Positions 26,112 to 35,419 of a DNA stretch of 64,000 bases are shown here, piece by piece (position 1 is the stretch's first letter; every line of letters starts with the position of its first letter). The notes below the pieces were generated by a model. It had not been told where the DNA came from. It ran no database searches and saw only the letters and a list, made by a program, of their open reading frames with translations. The position numbers and the translations under genes were made by a program. Source of the stretch: Dehalococcoidia bacterium (GTDB lineage Bacteria; Chloroflexota; Dehalococcoidia; Bin125); the NCBI GenBank assembly GCA_965209205.1, contig CBDBQC010000002.1, forward strand, positions 193,753-257,752, in the 5' to 3' direction.

Positions 26112-26582
26112 ATGGCGGACGACGGCTTCACCTACGTCAGCAAGAACCGATTGATCTTCAAGGGCGGCCTGCGACACGCCTACCTGGGTGACGTTGCCGA
26201 GCCGGTGCCGTATGGCGTGCAGGGCGCGCTGCGCGAGTACTACGGCGTCGGCGAGGGCCCGCCCATCGCCGCGACGCTGGATCACATCGTGGCCGCGGTC
26301 GGCGGTTGAATGTACGGCACTTTCGCGCGTGCGCTGAGCGCCCGCAAGGTCGAGTTCGACCGATCCAGCTTCACCGCCGACGTCGAGGGGACCATCGAGG
26401 GGACGGGCAACGACACCATCCGCATCACCAGGATCCACGTCACCTACCACGCGTCGATCCCAGGCGAGCAGCGGGAGGCGTTCGATCGCGCGTTGCGCAT
26501 GCACCCGGCGGCCTGCCCCGCGCACGAGAGCGTGAAGGCCGCGATCGACATCACGTGCTCGGCGGAGGTGGCGGAGCGCTAG
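26112..26582 (+). CDS. OsmC/Ohr-family peroxiredoxin-like protein with an in-frame TGA (26307-26309) at the first conserved Cys: selenocysteine candidate or Cys-to-stop pseudogene
   Basis: ORFs 26079..26309 and 26310..26582 are the same frame split by one TGA. ATG 26112 has AAGGGAG upstream. The joined product is ~156 codons with ..IVAAVGG[TGA]MYGTFA.. and ..HPAACPAHESV.. . Confidence 0.6.
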
Positions 26583-26600
26583 CCGCCGGGCTTCGCCGGC

Positions 26601-28088
26601 CTACGCGGACCGCACCCGCGACACCGCCTGGCGCCAGCCCGCCAGCAGCGCCTCCCGGCGCTCCGGCGGCATCGACGGCCGGAATCGCGCCTCCCGCCGC
26701 CAGTGCGCCGCGCCCGCCTCCAGTGAGTCGAACACGCCGCTCTGCACCCCGGCCAGGCAGGCCGCGCCCAGCGCCGTCGCCTCCGCCACCGCCGACCGCT
26801 CGACCTCGATGTTCAGCACGTCGGCCAGGAACTGCATCAGCCAGTCGTTCGCCGCCATCCCCCCGTCGACGCGCAGCGCCGCCGGCTGGGCCCCGTCGCC
26901 CCGCATCGCCGCGATCAGGTCGTGCGTCTGGTACGCGGCCGCCTCGAGCGCCGCGCGGGCCAGGTGCGCGGGTCCGGTGTCGCGCGTGAGGCCGAACAGT
27001 GCGCCGCGCGCGTGCGCGTCCCAGTGCGGGGCGCCCAGCCCCACGAAGGCCGGCGCCAGGTACACCCCGCCGTTGTCGGGCAGTGCCCGCGCGAGCCGTT
27101 CCGTCTGCGCCGCCGTTTCGATCACGCCGAGGCCGTCGCGCAGCCACTGCACCGCCGCTCCCGCCACGAAGATCGACCCCTCCAGCGCATAGCTGGTGTG
27201 GCCGTCGATGCGGGTGGCGACGGTCGTGAGCAGTCGGCGCTGTGATTCCACTGCCTGCGCGCCGGTGTGCAGCAGCACGAAGCAGCCCGTGCCGTAGGTG
27301 CTCTTGACCATGCCCGGACGGATGCACGCCTGCCCCACCGCCGCCGCCTGCTGGTCGCCGATCATCCCGCCGATCGGCAGCGGCCGCCCGAACAGCGCCG
27401 CCTCCGTCTCGCCGTAGTGGTGCGCGCAGTCGTGGACCTCCGGCAGTAGGGAGCGTGGCACGCGGAACAGCTCCAGCAGGTCGTCGTCCCAGCGCTGGCG
27501 GTGGATGTCGAACAGCATCGTGCGGGAGGCGTTCGTGGCGTCGGTGGCGTGCGCGCGACCCCCGGTCAGCCGCCAGAGCAGGTACGTGTCGATCGTGCCG
27601 CAGGCCAGCTCCCCCCGCTCAGCCGCGGCGCGCGCGCCGGGCGCCTGGTCCAGGATCCAAGCGATCTTGGTCGCCGAGAAGTACGGGTCCAGCACCAGAC
27701 CGGTGCGTGCCCCGACGGCCGGCTCGTGCCCGGCGCGTCGCAGCGCATCGCAGACGTCGGCCGTGCGCCGGTCCTGCCACACGATCGCGTTGCCCAGCGG
27801 CCGCGACGTCGCCCGCTCCCACACGACGGTCGTCTCGCGCTGGTTCGCGATCCCGATCGCCGCGACGGCGTCCACCAGGCCGGACCGCGCGGCCAGCGCT
27901 TCGCGGCACACCGCGACGGTGCTGCGCCAGATCTCCTCCGGGTCCTGCTCCACCCAGCCGTCGCGCGGATAGATCGGCGTCAGCGCGCGCTGGGCGCTCG
28001 CGACGGGCGTCGCGTGCGCGTCGAAGACAACGGCCCGGCTGCTGGTCGTGCCCTGGTCGATCGCGAGCAGATGGGGATCGGCCGTCAT
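26601..28088 (-). CDS. glpK: glycerol kinase
   Basis: ORF 26601..28343 trimmed to ATG 28088 ([23 protein letters not shown]...). Collinear FGGY kinase with [19 protein letters not shown] and GDQQAA motifs. Confidence 0.92.
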   Translation of the reverse strand: MTADPHLLAIDQGTTSSRAVVFDAHATPVASAQRALTPIYPRDGWVEQDPEEIWRSTVAVCREALAARSGLVDAVAAIGIANQRETTVVWERATSRPLGNAIVWQDRRTADVCDALRRAGHEPAVGARTGLVLDPYFSATKIAWILDQAPGARAAAERGELACGTIDTYLLWRLTGGRAHATDATNASRTMLFDIHRQRWDDDLLELFRVPRSLLPEVHDCAHHYGETEAALFGRPLPIGGMIGDQQAAAVGQACIRPGMVKSTYGTGCFVLLHTGAQAVESQRRLLTTVATRIDGHTSYALEGSIFVAGAAVQWLRDGLGVIETAAQTERLARALPDNGGVYLAPAFVGLGAPHWDAHARGALFGLTRDTGPAHLARAALEAAAYQTHDLIAAMRGDGAQPAALRVDGGMAANDWLMQFLADVLNIEVERSAVAEATALGAACLAGVQSGVFDSLEAGAAHWRREARFRPSMPPERREALLAGWRQAVSRVRSA

Positions 28089-28135
28089 GGCCGCATCATG
28101 CCCGCTTGAGGCTGCAACCGCACGTTCGGCCGGCG

Positions 28136-29215
28136 TCAGTCGAACATCAGCACGGTCCGCGCGACCTCCCGCTGACGGATCGACTCGAAGGCGTCGTTCA
28201 GATCCTCGAGCCGGCCGCGCTTGCTCACCATCTCGTCCAGCTTCAGCCGGCCCTGGCGGTAGAACTCGATGTAGTTCGGCATGTCGATCTTGAAGTGGTT
28301 CGAGCCCAGCGCGGAGCCCACCAGCGTCCGCTGGTAGATCCACTCGGCGGGGATCTCGAGCTTCTCGCCCAGCGGGACCATCCCGATCGACGTCGTCATG
28401 CCGCCGTTGCGGATCGACTGGAAGGCCTGCTCCACCGTCTGCTTCAGCCCGATCGCCTCGAATGAGAAGTCCACGCCCGATCCGCCCGTCAGATCCCGGA
28501 TCTGCTCCACCGGGTCCCCCGCCGAGGCGTCGACGCTGTGCGTGGCGCCCAGGTCGCGCGCCGTGCGCAGCTTGTGCTCCTCCACGTCCACGGCGATGAT
28601 CATCCGCGCCCCCGCGATGCGTGCGCCCTGAATCACCGAGAGGCCCACGCCGCCCGTGCCGTACACGGCGACCGTCGAGCCGGGCGTGACGCGGGCGGTG
28701 TTGAGGGCCGCGCCCACACCCGTCGTCACGCCGCAGCCGATCAGCGCCGCGACGTCGAAGGGCACGTCCTTGTCGATCGCCACGACGCCGCTCTCGTGCA
28801 GGAGCATCTGCTCCGCGTAGCCTCCCACCTCCGCGAACTGCGCCACCGCCTGCCCGTCCAGCGAGAGTCGCGGCGGTTGCTCCGGCGTGCGCGCCGGGCG
28901 GTTCTCGCAGATGTACGTCTCGCCGGTCAGACAGCGGTCGCAGCGCCCGCAGTAGACCGACAGACAGGCGATGACGTGATCGCCCGGCGCGACATCGGCC
29001 ACGTCAGGCCCCACTGCCTCCACGACGCCCGCGGATTCGTGGCCCAGGATCGCCGGGCCTTCGAGGGGCCAGAGCCCATCGACGAAGTGCAGGTCGGAAT
29101 GACAGACGCCGCTGGCCGCCGTGCGCACGAGCACCTCGCGCCCAATTGGCTCCGCGATCTCGACCTCCTGGAAAACCTGCTCCTCGTGTGGTGCGTGGTA
29201 TACGGCGGCTCGCAT
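28136..29215 (-). CDS. zinc-dependent alcohol dehydrogenase (MDR), copy 1
   Basis: ORF 28136..29215. Contains [14 protein letters not shown], the structural-zinc motif CGRCDRC, and the Rossmann motif GTGGVG. Confidence 0.9.
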   Translation of the reverse strand: MRAAVYHAPHEEQVFQEVEIAEPIGREVLVRTAASGVCHSDLHFVDGLWPLEGPAILGHESAGVVEAVGPDVADVAPGDHVIACLSVYCGRCDRCLTGETYICENRPARTPEQPPRLSLDGQAVAQFAEVGGYAEQMLLHESGVVAIDKDVPFDVAALIGCGVTTGVGAALNTARVTPGSTVAVYGTGGVGLSVIQGARIAGARMIIAVDVEEHKLRTARDLGATHSVDASAGDPVEQIRDLTGGSGVDFSFEAIGLKQTVEQAFQSIRNGGMTTSIGMVPLGEKLEIPAEWIYQRTLVGSALGSNHFKIDMPNYIEFYRQGRLKLDEMVSKRGRLEDLNDAFESIRQREVARTVLMFD

Positions 29216-29265
29216 CGATCTGCTCCCTCGGCTGACCCGCGGGCACGGCCGGCCCGCGGGGGCCG

Positions 29266-29272
29266 CAGGCTA
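29266..29272 (-). promoter_or_regulatory. TAGCCTG motif, ~50 nt upstream of ADH copy 1
   Basis: caggcta on the + strand. Duplicated at 30531-30537. Confidence 0.25.
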
Positions 29273-29399
29273 GCAGAATGAGGCGTCACCGCGCGAGACT
29301 TGAAACGCGGTGTCCAGGCCGTCGATCACACCGTCCACGCAGCGGCCGTCATGGCCGCGGGATGCCCGCTTGGGCGTGCAGCCGCGCGCTCGGTCGGCG

Positions 29400-30479
29400 T
29401 CAGTCGAACATCAGGACGGTCCGCGCGACCTCCCGCCGCCGGATCGACTCCAACGCGTCGTTCAGGTCCTCCAGCCGGCCGCGCCTGGTCACCATCTCAT
29501 CCAGCTTCAGCCGGCCCTGGCGGTAGAAGTCGATGTATTTCGGCGTGTCGACCTTGAAGCGGTTGGAGCCCAGCGCGGAGCCCACCAGCGTCCGCTGGAA
29601 CAGCCACTGGGCCGAGATCTCAAGCTTCTCATCCAGCTCGATCCCCCCGATCGCCGTCGTCATACCGCCGTTGCGGATCGAGTCGCAGGCCTGCTGCAGC
29701 GTGCGCTTGAGCCCGATCGCCTCGAACGAGTAGTCAACGCCCAGGCCGTCCGTCAGATCGCGGATCTGCTCGACCGGGTCCCCCGCCGAGGCGTCGATGC
29801 CGTGCGTGGCGGCCAGGTCGCGGGCCGTGCGCAGCTTGTGCTCCTCCACATCCACGGCGATGATCATCCGCGCTCCCGCGATGCGCGCGCCCTGCATCGC
29901 CGAGAGGCCCACCCCGCCCGCGCCGTACACGGCGACCGTCGAGCCGGGCCTGACGCGGGCCGTGTTCAGCGCCGCGCCCATCCCCGTCGTCACGCCGCAG
30001 CCGATCAGCGCCGCCGCGTCGAACGGCACGTCCGTGTCGATCCGCACCACCCCGCTCTCGTGCAGGAGCATCTGCTCCGCGAACCCGCCGACGTGCTCGA
30101 ACTGCACCACCGGCTCCCCGTTCAGCGAGAGTCGCGGCGGCTCCTCCGGCGAGCGCGCCGGCCGGTCCATGCAGAGGAACGTCTCGCCGGTCAGACACCG
30201 GTCGCAGCGCCCGCAGAAGGCCGACAGGCAGGCGATGACGTGATCGCCGGGCGCGACCTCGGTCACGTTCGGCCCCACCGCCTCCACGACGCCCGCCGAC
30301 TCGTGTCCCAGGACCGCCGGAGCCTCCAGCGGCATGAGCCCATCTACGAATTTCAGGTCGGAATGGCAGACGCCGGCGGCCGCCGTGCGCACAAGCACCT
30401 CGTAACCAATCGGCTCCGCGATGTCGAGTTCCTGGAAGACCTGCTCCTGGTGTGGTCCGTTGTACACGGCGGCTCGCAT
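29400..30479 (-). CDS. zinc-dependent alcohol dehydrogenase (MDR), copy 2
   Basis: ORF 29400..30479. Collinear with copy 1 and about four-fifths identical by eye. Confidence 0.9.
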   Translation of the reverse strand: MRAAVYNGPHQEQVFQELDIAEPIGYEVLVRTAAAGVCHSDLKFVDGLMPLEAPAVLGHESAGVVEAVGPNVTEVAPGDHVIACLSAFCGRCDRCLTGETFLCMDRPARSPEEPPRLSLNGEPVVQFEHVGGFAEQMLLHESGVVRIDTDVPFDAAALIGCGVTTGMGAALNTARVRPGSTVAVYGAGGVGLSAMQGARIAGARMIIAVDVEEHKLRTARDLAATHGIDASAGDPVEQIRDLTDGLGVDYSFEAIGLKRTLQQACDSIRNGGMTTAIGGIELDEKLEISAQWLFQRTLVGSALGSNRFKVDTPKYIDFYRQGRLKLDEMVTRRGRLEDLNDALESIRRREVARTVLMFD

Positions 30480-30530
30480 TGACCTGCTCCCTTCGCTGAC
30501 CCGCGGGCGCGGTCGGCCCGCGGGGGGCCG

Positions 30531-30537
30531 CAGGCTA
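30531..30537 (-). promoter_or_regulatory. TAGCCTG motif, ~50 nt upstream of ADH copy 2
   Basis: caggcta on the + strand, just 3' of the halogenase-like gene stop. Confidence 0.25.
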
Positions 30538-30543
30538 GCAGAT

Positions 30544-32205
30544 TCAGGCGCCCCCGCGCGAGGCTTCGAGCGCCGCGTCGAACCCGTCGATCACGCCGTC
30601 GACGTAGAGGATGCCCAGCGTCGCGAGGAGCGGCGCGCCCATCCGTCCGGCCCGGTCCGCGGGCAGATCCGCCACCACGTCCTCCAACGCCTCGGCCAGG
30701 CTGCGGCGGCCGTCGAGCGCGGCCAGCAGCCGGGCGACCAGCGCGCTGATCGGCGTCCCCTCCGGGCGATTGCCGCTGACCAGCACGTCTCCCCAGACGA
30801 ACTCGCCGCCCTCCAGCACCGGCTTGCGCTCCACCCGTACCCCCTCCGCCGGTCGGGCGATCGCCGCCAGCAGCGCCGCCGGTGGGCGCCCTCCCGGCAG
30901 CGCAGCGTCCCAGGCCCGGCGGCGCGCCGCCCGCGCCGACTCCAGCGCGCGCACGTCGCCGGCGAAGTCCGCCGGGGCGTCGCCGCGTTCCAGCACGACC
31001 CGCTCGTAGCCCTGCGGCGGCTGCCCGGCGACCGCCCGCACGAAGGCCTCGCGCGGCGTGCCGGCGCCGTCGTCGCCCACGATCTTGCGCGCCTCCCAGA
31101 AGTACGACTCGACGGACCGGTTGCTCGCGTAGAACAGCCGCGCCAGCTCCCGGAAGTGCCCGTACTGCTGCAGATAGAGCTCGGCGTAGACATCCGCCGC
31201 GGCGGCTCCCATCTCGGGGCGGCGCAGCGACGTCGTGGCGTAGGCCGCCGCCAGCACCGCCGACGACAGCGCCAAGTGCACCCCCGACGAGAACAGCGGG
31301 TCGACGAAGCAGGCGGCGTCGCCGACGAGCACATGCGCCTCGCCCGCCAGCCGCTCGGCGACGTACGACCAGTCGCGCGCGACGTGCGGCCCGTCCACGC
31401 GTCTCGCCCCGGCCAGCAACGCCGCCGTGCGTGGGGCCTGGGCCAGCTGCGCCTCGTAGAAGCCCTCGGTCCCCATCTCGGCGATGCCGCGCTGCCCCCG
31501 AGCGCTGTCGACGACGGCGCCCACGCTGCTGTGCCCGCCGCCCAGCGGGATCGTCCAGCACCAGCCGTCGCTCGTGGACTCGATGAAGATGTTGCCCGCG
31601 TCGGGTGGGGGCAGGTGGGCGGCGCCCTGGTGGTAGGCGTAGACGGCCAGATTGCGGAAGGCGTCGTCGTAGCGGCGCAGCGACTGCGCGCGGGCGATCA
31701 GCCCCGCCTGCCCGCTGGCGTCGACGACGAAGCGCGCCCGCTCCTCACCCGCGCCGGCGGTTTCCCCGGCGATGCGCACGCCGATCGCTCGCTCTCCATC
31801 GAACAGCACCTCCACGACGCGGCAGCCCTCCCGCACCGAGACGCCGGCCTCGCGCGCGTTGTCGAGCAGCAGTTGATCGAAGCGGGGCCGCCAGACTTGG
31901 TAGGCGTGTGGATGGGTGCGGTTCGTCTCGCGGAAATACCACGACCAAGGCGCTGTGTCGCGGCCCCAGACCATCGTCGCGCCGGGCTTCTCGACGAATC
32001 CCTCGCGCTCGACCGCCTGCAGTACGCCCAGCGCGTCGAGGATCGGCAGCGACGCCGGCAGCAGGGATTCACCCACGTGCGCCCGCGGGAAGCGCTCGCG
32101 CTCGCAGCAGAGCACCCGCCAGCCCTGGCGCGCCAGCAGCGTGGCCGTCGCGGCGCCGCCCGGCCCGCCCCCAACGACGATCACGTCCCAGGGGTCGCGG
32201 GGCAC
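30544..32205 (-). CDS. FAD-dependent oxidoreductase, flavin-dependent halogenase-like, with ~150-aa C-terminal extension
   Basis: ORF 30544..32205 (GTG start). Contains the GGGPGG dinucleotide fold, FPRAHVGESLLP, FVEKPGATMVWG (candidate catalytic Lys), GWCWTIP (the WxWxIP motif) and FVDPLFSSG (the FxxPxxSxG motif). Confidence 0.75.
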   Translation of the reverse strand: MPRDPWDVIVVGGGPGGAATATLLARQGWRVLCCERERFPRAHVGESLLPASLPILDALGVLQAVEREGFVEKPGATMVWGRDTAPWSWYFRETNRTHPHAYQVWRPRFDQLLLDNAREAGVSVREGCRVVEVLFDGERAIGVRIAGETAGAGEERARFVVDASGQAGLIARAQSLRRYDDAFRNLAVYAYHQGAAHLPPPDAGNIFIESTSDGWCWTIPLGGGHSSVGAVVDSARGQRGIAEMGTEGFYEAQLAQAPRTAALLAGARRVDGPHVARDWSYVAERLAGEAHVLVGDAACFVDPLFSSGVHLALSSAVLAAAYATTSLRRPEMGAAAADVYAELYLQQYGHFRELARLFYASNRSVESYFWEARKIVGDDGAGTPREAFVRAVAGQPPQGYERVVLERGDAPADFAGDVRALESARAARRRAWDAALPGGRPPAALLAAIARPAEGVRVERKPVLEGGEFVWGDVLVSGNRPEGTPISALVARLLAALDGRRSLAEALEDVVADLPADRAGRMGAPLLATLGILYVDGVIDGFDAALEASRGGA

Positions 32206-32226
32206 GGCGGTCTGGGGCGCCGGGCG

Positions 32227-33543
32227 CTAGGCGCGGGCGTCCGCCGCGACGGGCTGCAGCGTCTGCGGGTCCATCTCGAAGGGGCCCTGCAGGTCCAGCT
32301 CCTTGCCCATCTCGCGCACCGCGGGGATGACTTCCTCGCCCATCAGCCGCAGCGAGCGCATGGAGTCTTCGTGCGTCATCGCGCCGTCGCCGTCCCAGAA
32401 GAAGATCGAGCCCGGCCGCAGCGTCTCCAGGACGTGCCGCACCTTGGGGATCACCGTCTTGGGCGTGCCGGTGATGATCGTGTAGCGCTCCTTCTGCGAC
32501 TGGTAGGCGCCGAATGGATCGCCGAGGTCCACCTTGTCCAGATCCGCCTGCGTGGCGGTCCCACCGCCCAGCTTGACGTGGTCGTCGGCCCGGCCGCGCG
32601 ACTGGAGGGCGGCGAAGCTGGAGATGGTGGGCAGCACTTGCGTGCGGGAGGTCAGCCCCGGCAGATTCTGCAGGTTGCTGAGCACCGTGCCCTGGTTGCC
32701 CTCCAGGAACGGGTTGCTGGGCCCCTGGACGTACTTGCGGCCCACCTCGTCGGCGAGCTCGTCGGTCTCGTCCACGTGCACCTTGAAGAGATAGCCGTGG
32801 TGCTGGGTGCCGGCCTCGTAGCCGCGCTCGCGCGCCTGCTCGTCGTAGTACTCGAACGACTTCTTCGTCGGCTCCAGGTCGGTCGCCAGCATGATGTAGG
32901 GGTAGCGATGCTTCGCCGCCCAATCGACGGTGTTGCGGGAGAGGATGCCGGGGATCCAGATCGGCGGGTGCGGATCCTGGTAGGGGCGCGCCCACGGGTT
33001 CACGTAGCGGAACTGGTAGTGCTCGCCCTCCCAGCGCCAGGGCCCGGGCGTGGTCCAGGCCTTGACGATGAAGTCGTGCGCCTCCTGGAAGCGCTCCCAG
33101 TTGTACGGCGACTGCGCGTTGTGCGCGACGCTCTCCCGGCCCGTGCCGCGCACCCAGCCCGTGACCAGCCGCCCGCGCGAGATCATGTCGATCTCCGCCA
33201 GCTCCTCGGCCAGCCACAGCGGGTCGTCCCAGATCGGCAGCACGTTGCCCAGCAGCACGATCTTGGCCCGCTTGGTGATCCGCGCCAGGATCGCCGCCTC
33301 CACGTTCATCACGCCGCCCATGCAGAACGGCGTGCTGTGGTGCTCGTTGAGCATCAGGCCGTCGAAGCCCATCTCCTCGGCGTAGAGCTTCTCGTCGAGG
33401 TAGCGGTTGTACAGGTCGGCGCCCAGCTTGGGGTCGTAGTCGGCGTTCGACATCGACAAGTCGGTGATCTCCCGGCCGGTCGAGCCGAACCAGCCGGAAC
33501 GCTCGTCCTGATATGGGCGCTCGGTGAAGTAGCCAATGAACAT
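32227..33543 (-). CDS. luciferase-like monooxygenase (LLM class flavin-dependent oxidoreductase)
   Basis: ORF 32227..33543 (GAGAGG upstream). Contains GFDGLMLNEHH and the overall LLM TIM-barrel pattern over 438 aa. Confidence 0.85.
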   Translation of the reverse strand: MFIGYFTERPYQDERSGWFGSTGREITDLSMSNADYDPKLGADLYNRYLDEKLYAEEMGFDGLMLNEHHSTPFCMGGVMNVEAAILARITKRAKIVLLGNVLPIWDDPLWLAEELAEIDMISRGRLVTGWVRGTGRESVAHNAQSPYNWERFQEAHDFIVKAWTTPGPWRWEGEHYQFRYVNPWARPYQDPHPPIWIPGILSRNTVDWAAKHRYPYIMLATDLEPTKKSFEYYDEQARERGYEAGTQHHGYLFKVHVDETDELADEVGRKYVQGPSNPFLEGNQGTVLSNLQNLPGLTSRTQVLPTISSFAALQSRGRADDHVKLGGGTATQADLDKVDLGDPFGAYQSQKERYTIITGTPKTVIPKVRHVLETLRPGSIFFWDGDGAMTHEDSMRSLRLMGEEVIPAVREMGKELDLQGPFEMDPQTLQPVAADARA

Positions 33544-33565
33544 AGCGGGGCCTCTCGACCGCGGG

Positions 33566-34354
33566 CTAGGCGCCCGCGAATTCCGTGATCAGCGACGCCA
33601 GCGTATCCGGCGCTTCCAACTCGACAAGGTGACCGGCGCCCGGCACGATCTCCAGCCGGGCGTTGGGCAGCGCGGCCGCGTACTGCCGGCCGCAGTCCAG
33701 CGGCACGACGCGGTCCTCCGCGCCCCAGACCAGCAGCGCCGGGACGTCCACCTCGGGCAGCAGCGGCGCCAACTGCCGGTTGAACATCCACGGCTTCCAG
33801 GTGAGGCGGCTGGTCATCTCGCGGCTGAAGTCCCAGAGCTCTTTGTGCTCCTTCGACCCGTCGGCGCCGAAGAACTCTTCGAAGGCGGCGGCGTCGTGGA
33901 ACCCCTCCTTCATGTAGTCGCTGAACGTGAAGAAAATATGGTCGGCGATCTCGCCCTCGTCCGGCTTGAGGCCGGCCGCCCCGACGAGCACGAGGCCGCG
34001 CAGCGCCGAGGGGTTCATCGTCGCCAGCTCCGCGGCCACCCAGCCGCCGAAACCGTGTCCGATCAACAGCGTCGGCTCCAGGTCGAGCTTCGCGATGGCG
34101 CGGCCCAGCAGCAGCGCGATGTCGCGGGGATGCCGCGCCCAGACGGGCCGCTCCGACTGCCCGTAGCCGGGCATGTCGGGGGCCGAGACGTGCAGATGCT
34201 CGGCCAGACGCTCGTGCAGCGGCAACCAGCCCAGCGGCCCCGTCGAGTGGTGCAGCCAGACCGCGCTGGCTCCGTCGCCCCCCTGGATCACGCGCATCGA
34301 GAGGCCGGCCACGGAGACCGTGCATTCGCTGAAGGTCGTTGGGGTCGTGGTCAC
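33566..34354 (-). CDS. alpha/beta hydrolase (C-C hydrolase / BphD-like)
   Basis: ORF 33566..34354. Contains the GHGFGG nucleophile elbow, PDMPGYGQS, and C-terminal GAGHLVELE. Confidence 0.85.
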   Translation of the reverse strand: MTTTPTTFSECTVSVAGLSMRVIQGGDGASAVWLHHSTGPLGWLPLHERLAEHLHVSAPDMPGYGQSERPVWARHPRDIALLLGRAIAKLDLEPTLLIGHGFGGWVAAELATMNPSALRGLVLVGAAGLKPDEGEIADHIFFTFSDYMKEGFHDAAAFEEFFGADGSKEHKELWDFSREMTSRLTWKPWMFNRQLAPLLPEVDVPALLVWGAEDRVVPLDCGRQYAAALPNARLEIVPGAGHLVELEAPDTLASLITEFAGA

Positions 34355-34538
34355 TCCACCCTCCGTCGCTGCGCCCGCGCGACCGTCCTCGGCCGGCGCC
34401 GATCGTTTCCGCGTGCGGACCCTTGGGCGATTGCGGCAGATCGTAGTGGCGTTCGGTCCCCTTGCATACCCCCGAGCAGTGCTGGGGGGTTGGCGCTACC
34501 CTGCCTGCACGCGCGCGCCTCGACGAAGGGATGCAGCC

Positions 34539-35408
34539 ATGCGCATCGGCGCCGTCCTGCCCACCACGGAGATCGGATCGGACCCGGCGGCGCTGCGCGA
34601 CTTCGCGCAGGCCGTCGAGGCGCTGGGCTTCTCCCAGCTCCTCCTCTACGACCACGTCCTCGGCGCCGACCCCGATCGCCCCGGCGGCTGGCAGGGCCCC
34701 TACACCATCGCCCACCCCTTCCACGAGGTCTTCGTTACCATCGCCCATCTCGCCGCCGTGACCAGCACGCTCGAATTCGCGACCTGCGTGTTGGTCCTGC
34801 CGCAGCGGCAGACGGCGCTTGTCGCCAAGCAGGCGGCGCAGATCGCGGTCCTCTCCGGCGACCGCTTCCGGCTCGGCATCGGCAGCGGTTGGAACCACGT
34901 CGAGTACGAGGCCCTCGACCAGAACTTCCACAACCGCGGGCGGCGTCAAGAGGAGCAGGTGGCGCTGATGCGTCGCCTCTGGAGCGAGCCCGTCGTCGAC
35001 TTCCAGGGCGAGTTCCACACCGTCTCCAAGGCCGGCATCGACCCGCGCCCGCGCCGGCCCATTCCCGTCTGGTTCGGCGGCAGCGTCGAGCCCCAACTCA
35101 AGCGCGCCGCCCGCATCGGCGACGGCTGGTTCCCCGCCTCGCCTCCCACCCCGGAGGCCGCCGCCCAGGCCGATCGCATCCGCGGCTACCTCCGCGACGC
35201 GGGACGCTCGCCGGACGATTTCGGCCTTGGCCCGCAAGCGCAGTTCGGCGGTGGCAACCCCGACCTCTGGCGGGCCCACATCCAGCGCTGGCGGGAGATC
35301 GGCGCCACGGAGATCTCCGTCGCCACGATGAACGCCGGCCTCGGCGATGCCGACGCCCACATCGACGCCGTGCGGCAGTACAAGGACGCCGTCGCGGCGG
35401 GTCCGTAG
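34539..35408 (+). CDS. LLM class F420-dependent oxidoreductase
   Basis: ORF 34173..35408 trimmed to ATG 34539 (MRIGAVLPTTEIGSDPAALRDFAQAVEALGF...). Contains GIGSGWNHVEY. Size and motifs fit the F420-dependent LLM subgroup. Confidence 0.8.
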   Translation: MRIGAVLPTTEIGSDPAALRDFAQAVEALGFSQLLLYDHVLGADPDRPGGWQGPYTIAHPFHEVFVTIAHLAAVTSTLEFATCVLVLPQRQTALVAKQAAQIAVLSGDRFRLGIGSGWNHVEYEALDQNFHNRGRRQEEQVALMRRLWSEPVVDFQGEFHTVSKAGIDPRPRRPIPVWFGGSVEPQLKRAARIGDGWFPASPPTPEAAAQADRIRGYLRDAGRSPDDFGLGPQAQFGGGNPDLWRAHIQRWREIGATEISVATMNAGLGDADAHIDAVRQYKDAVAAGP

Positions 35409-35419
35409 CGCCGCGCAAG

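Larger units (their letters stand above)
28079..30607 (-). repeat. tandem duplication (unit about 1264 bp) carrying a Zn-ADH gene plus scars of both neighbouring genes
   Basis: 28079-28140 aligns with 29343-29404 (glpK 5' UTR plus first codons). 29275-29343 aligns with 30539-30607 (the last ~21 codons of the halogenase-like gene). The ADH genes are collinear. Confidence 0.85.

Noticed and set aside
26310-26582. Treating 26310..26582 as an independent 90-aa gene starting at the ATG right after the TGA, with 26112..26309 as a separate 65-aa gene.
   Set aside because: Each half alone is an incomplete OsmC fold and there is no RBS before the ATG. Met immediately after the catalytic Cys is common in the family. 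It cannot be fully excluded and is listed as an alternative in the finding.
29278-29557. Small ORFs (29278..29526, 29300..29557) in the gap between the two ADH copies.
   Set aside because: This sequence is the junction scar (decayed 3' end of the halogenase-like gene plus the glpK leader) and the antisense of ADH copy 2. The translations are Arg/Ser/Pro-rich.
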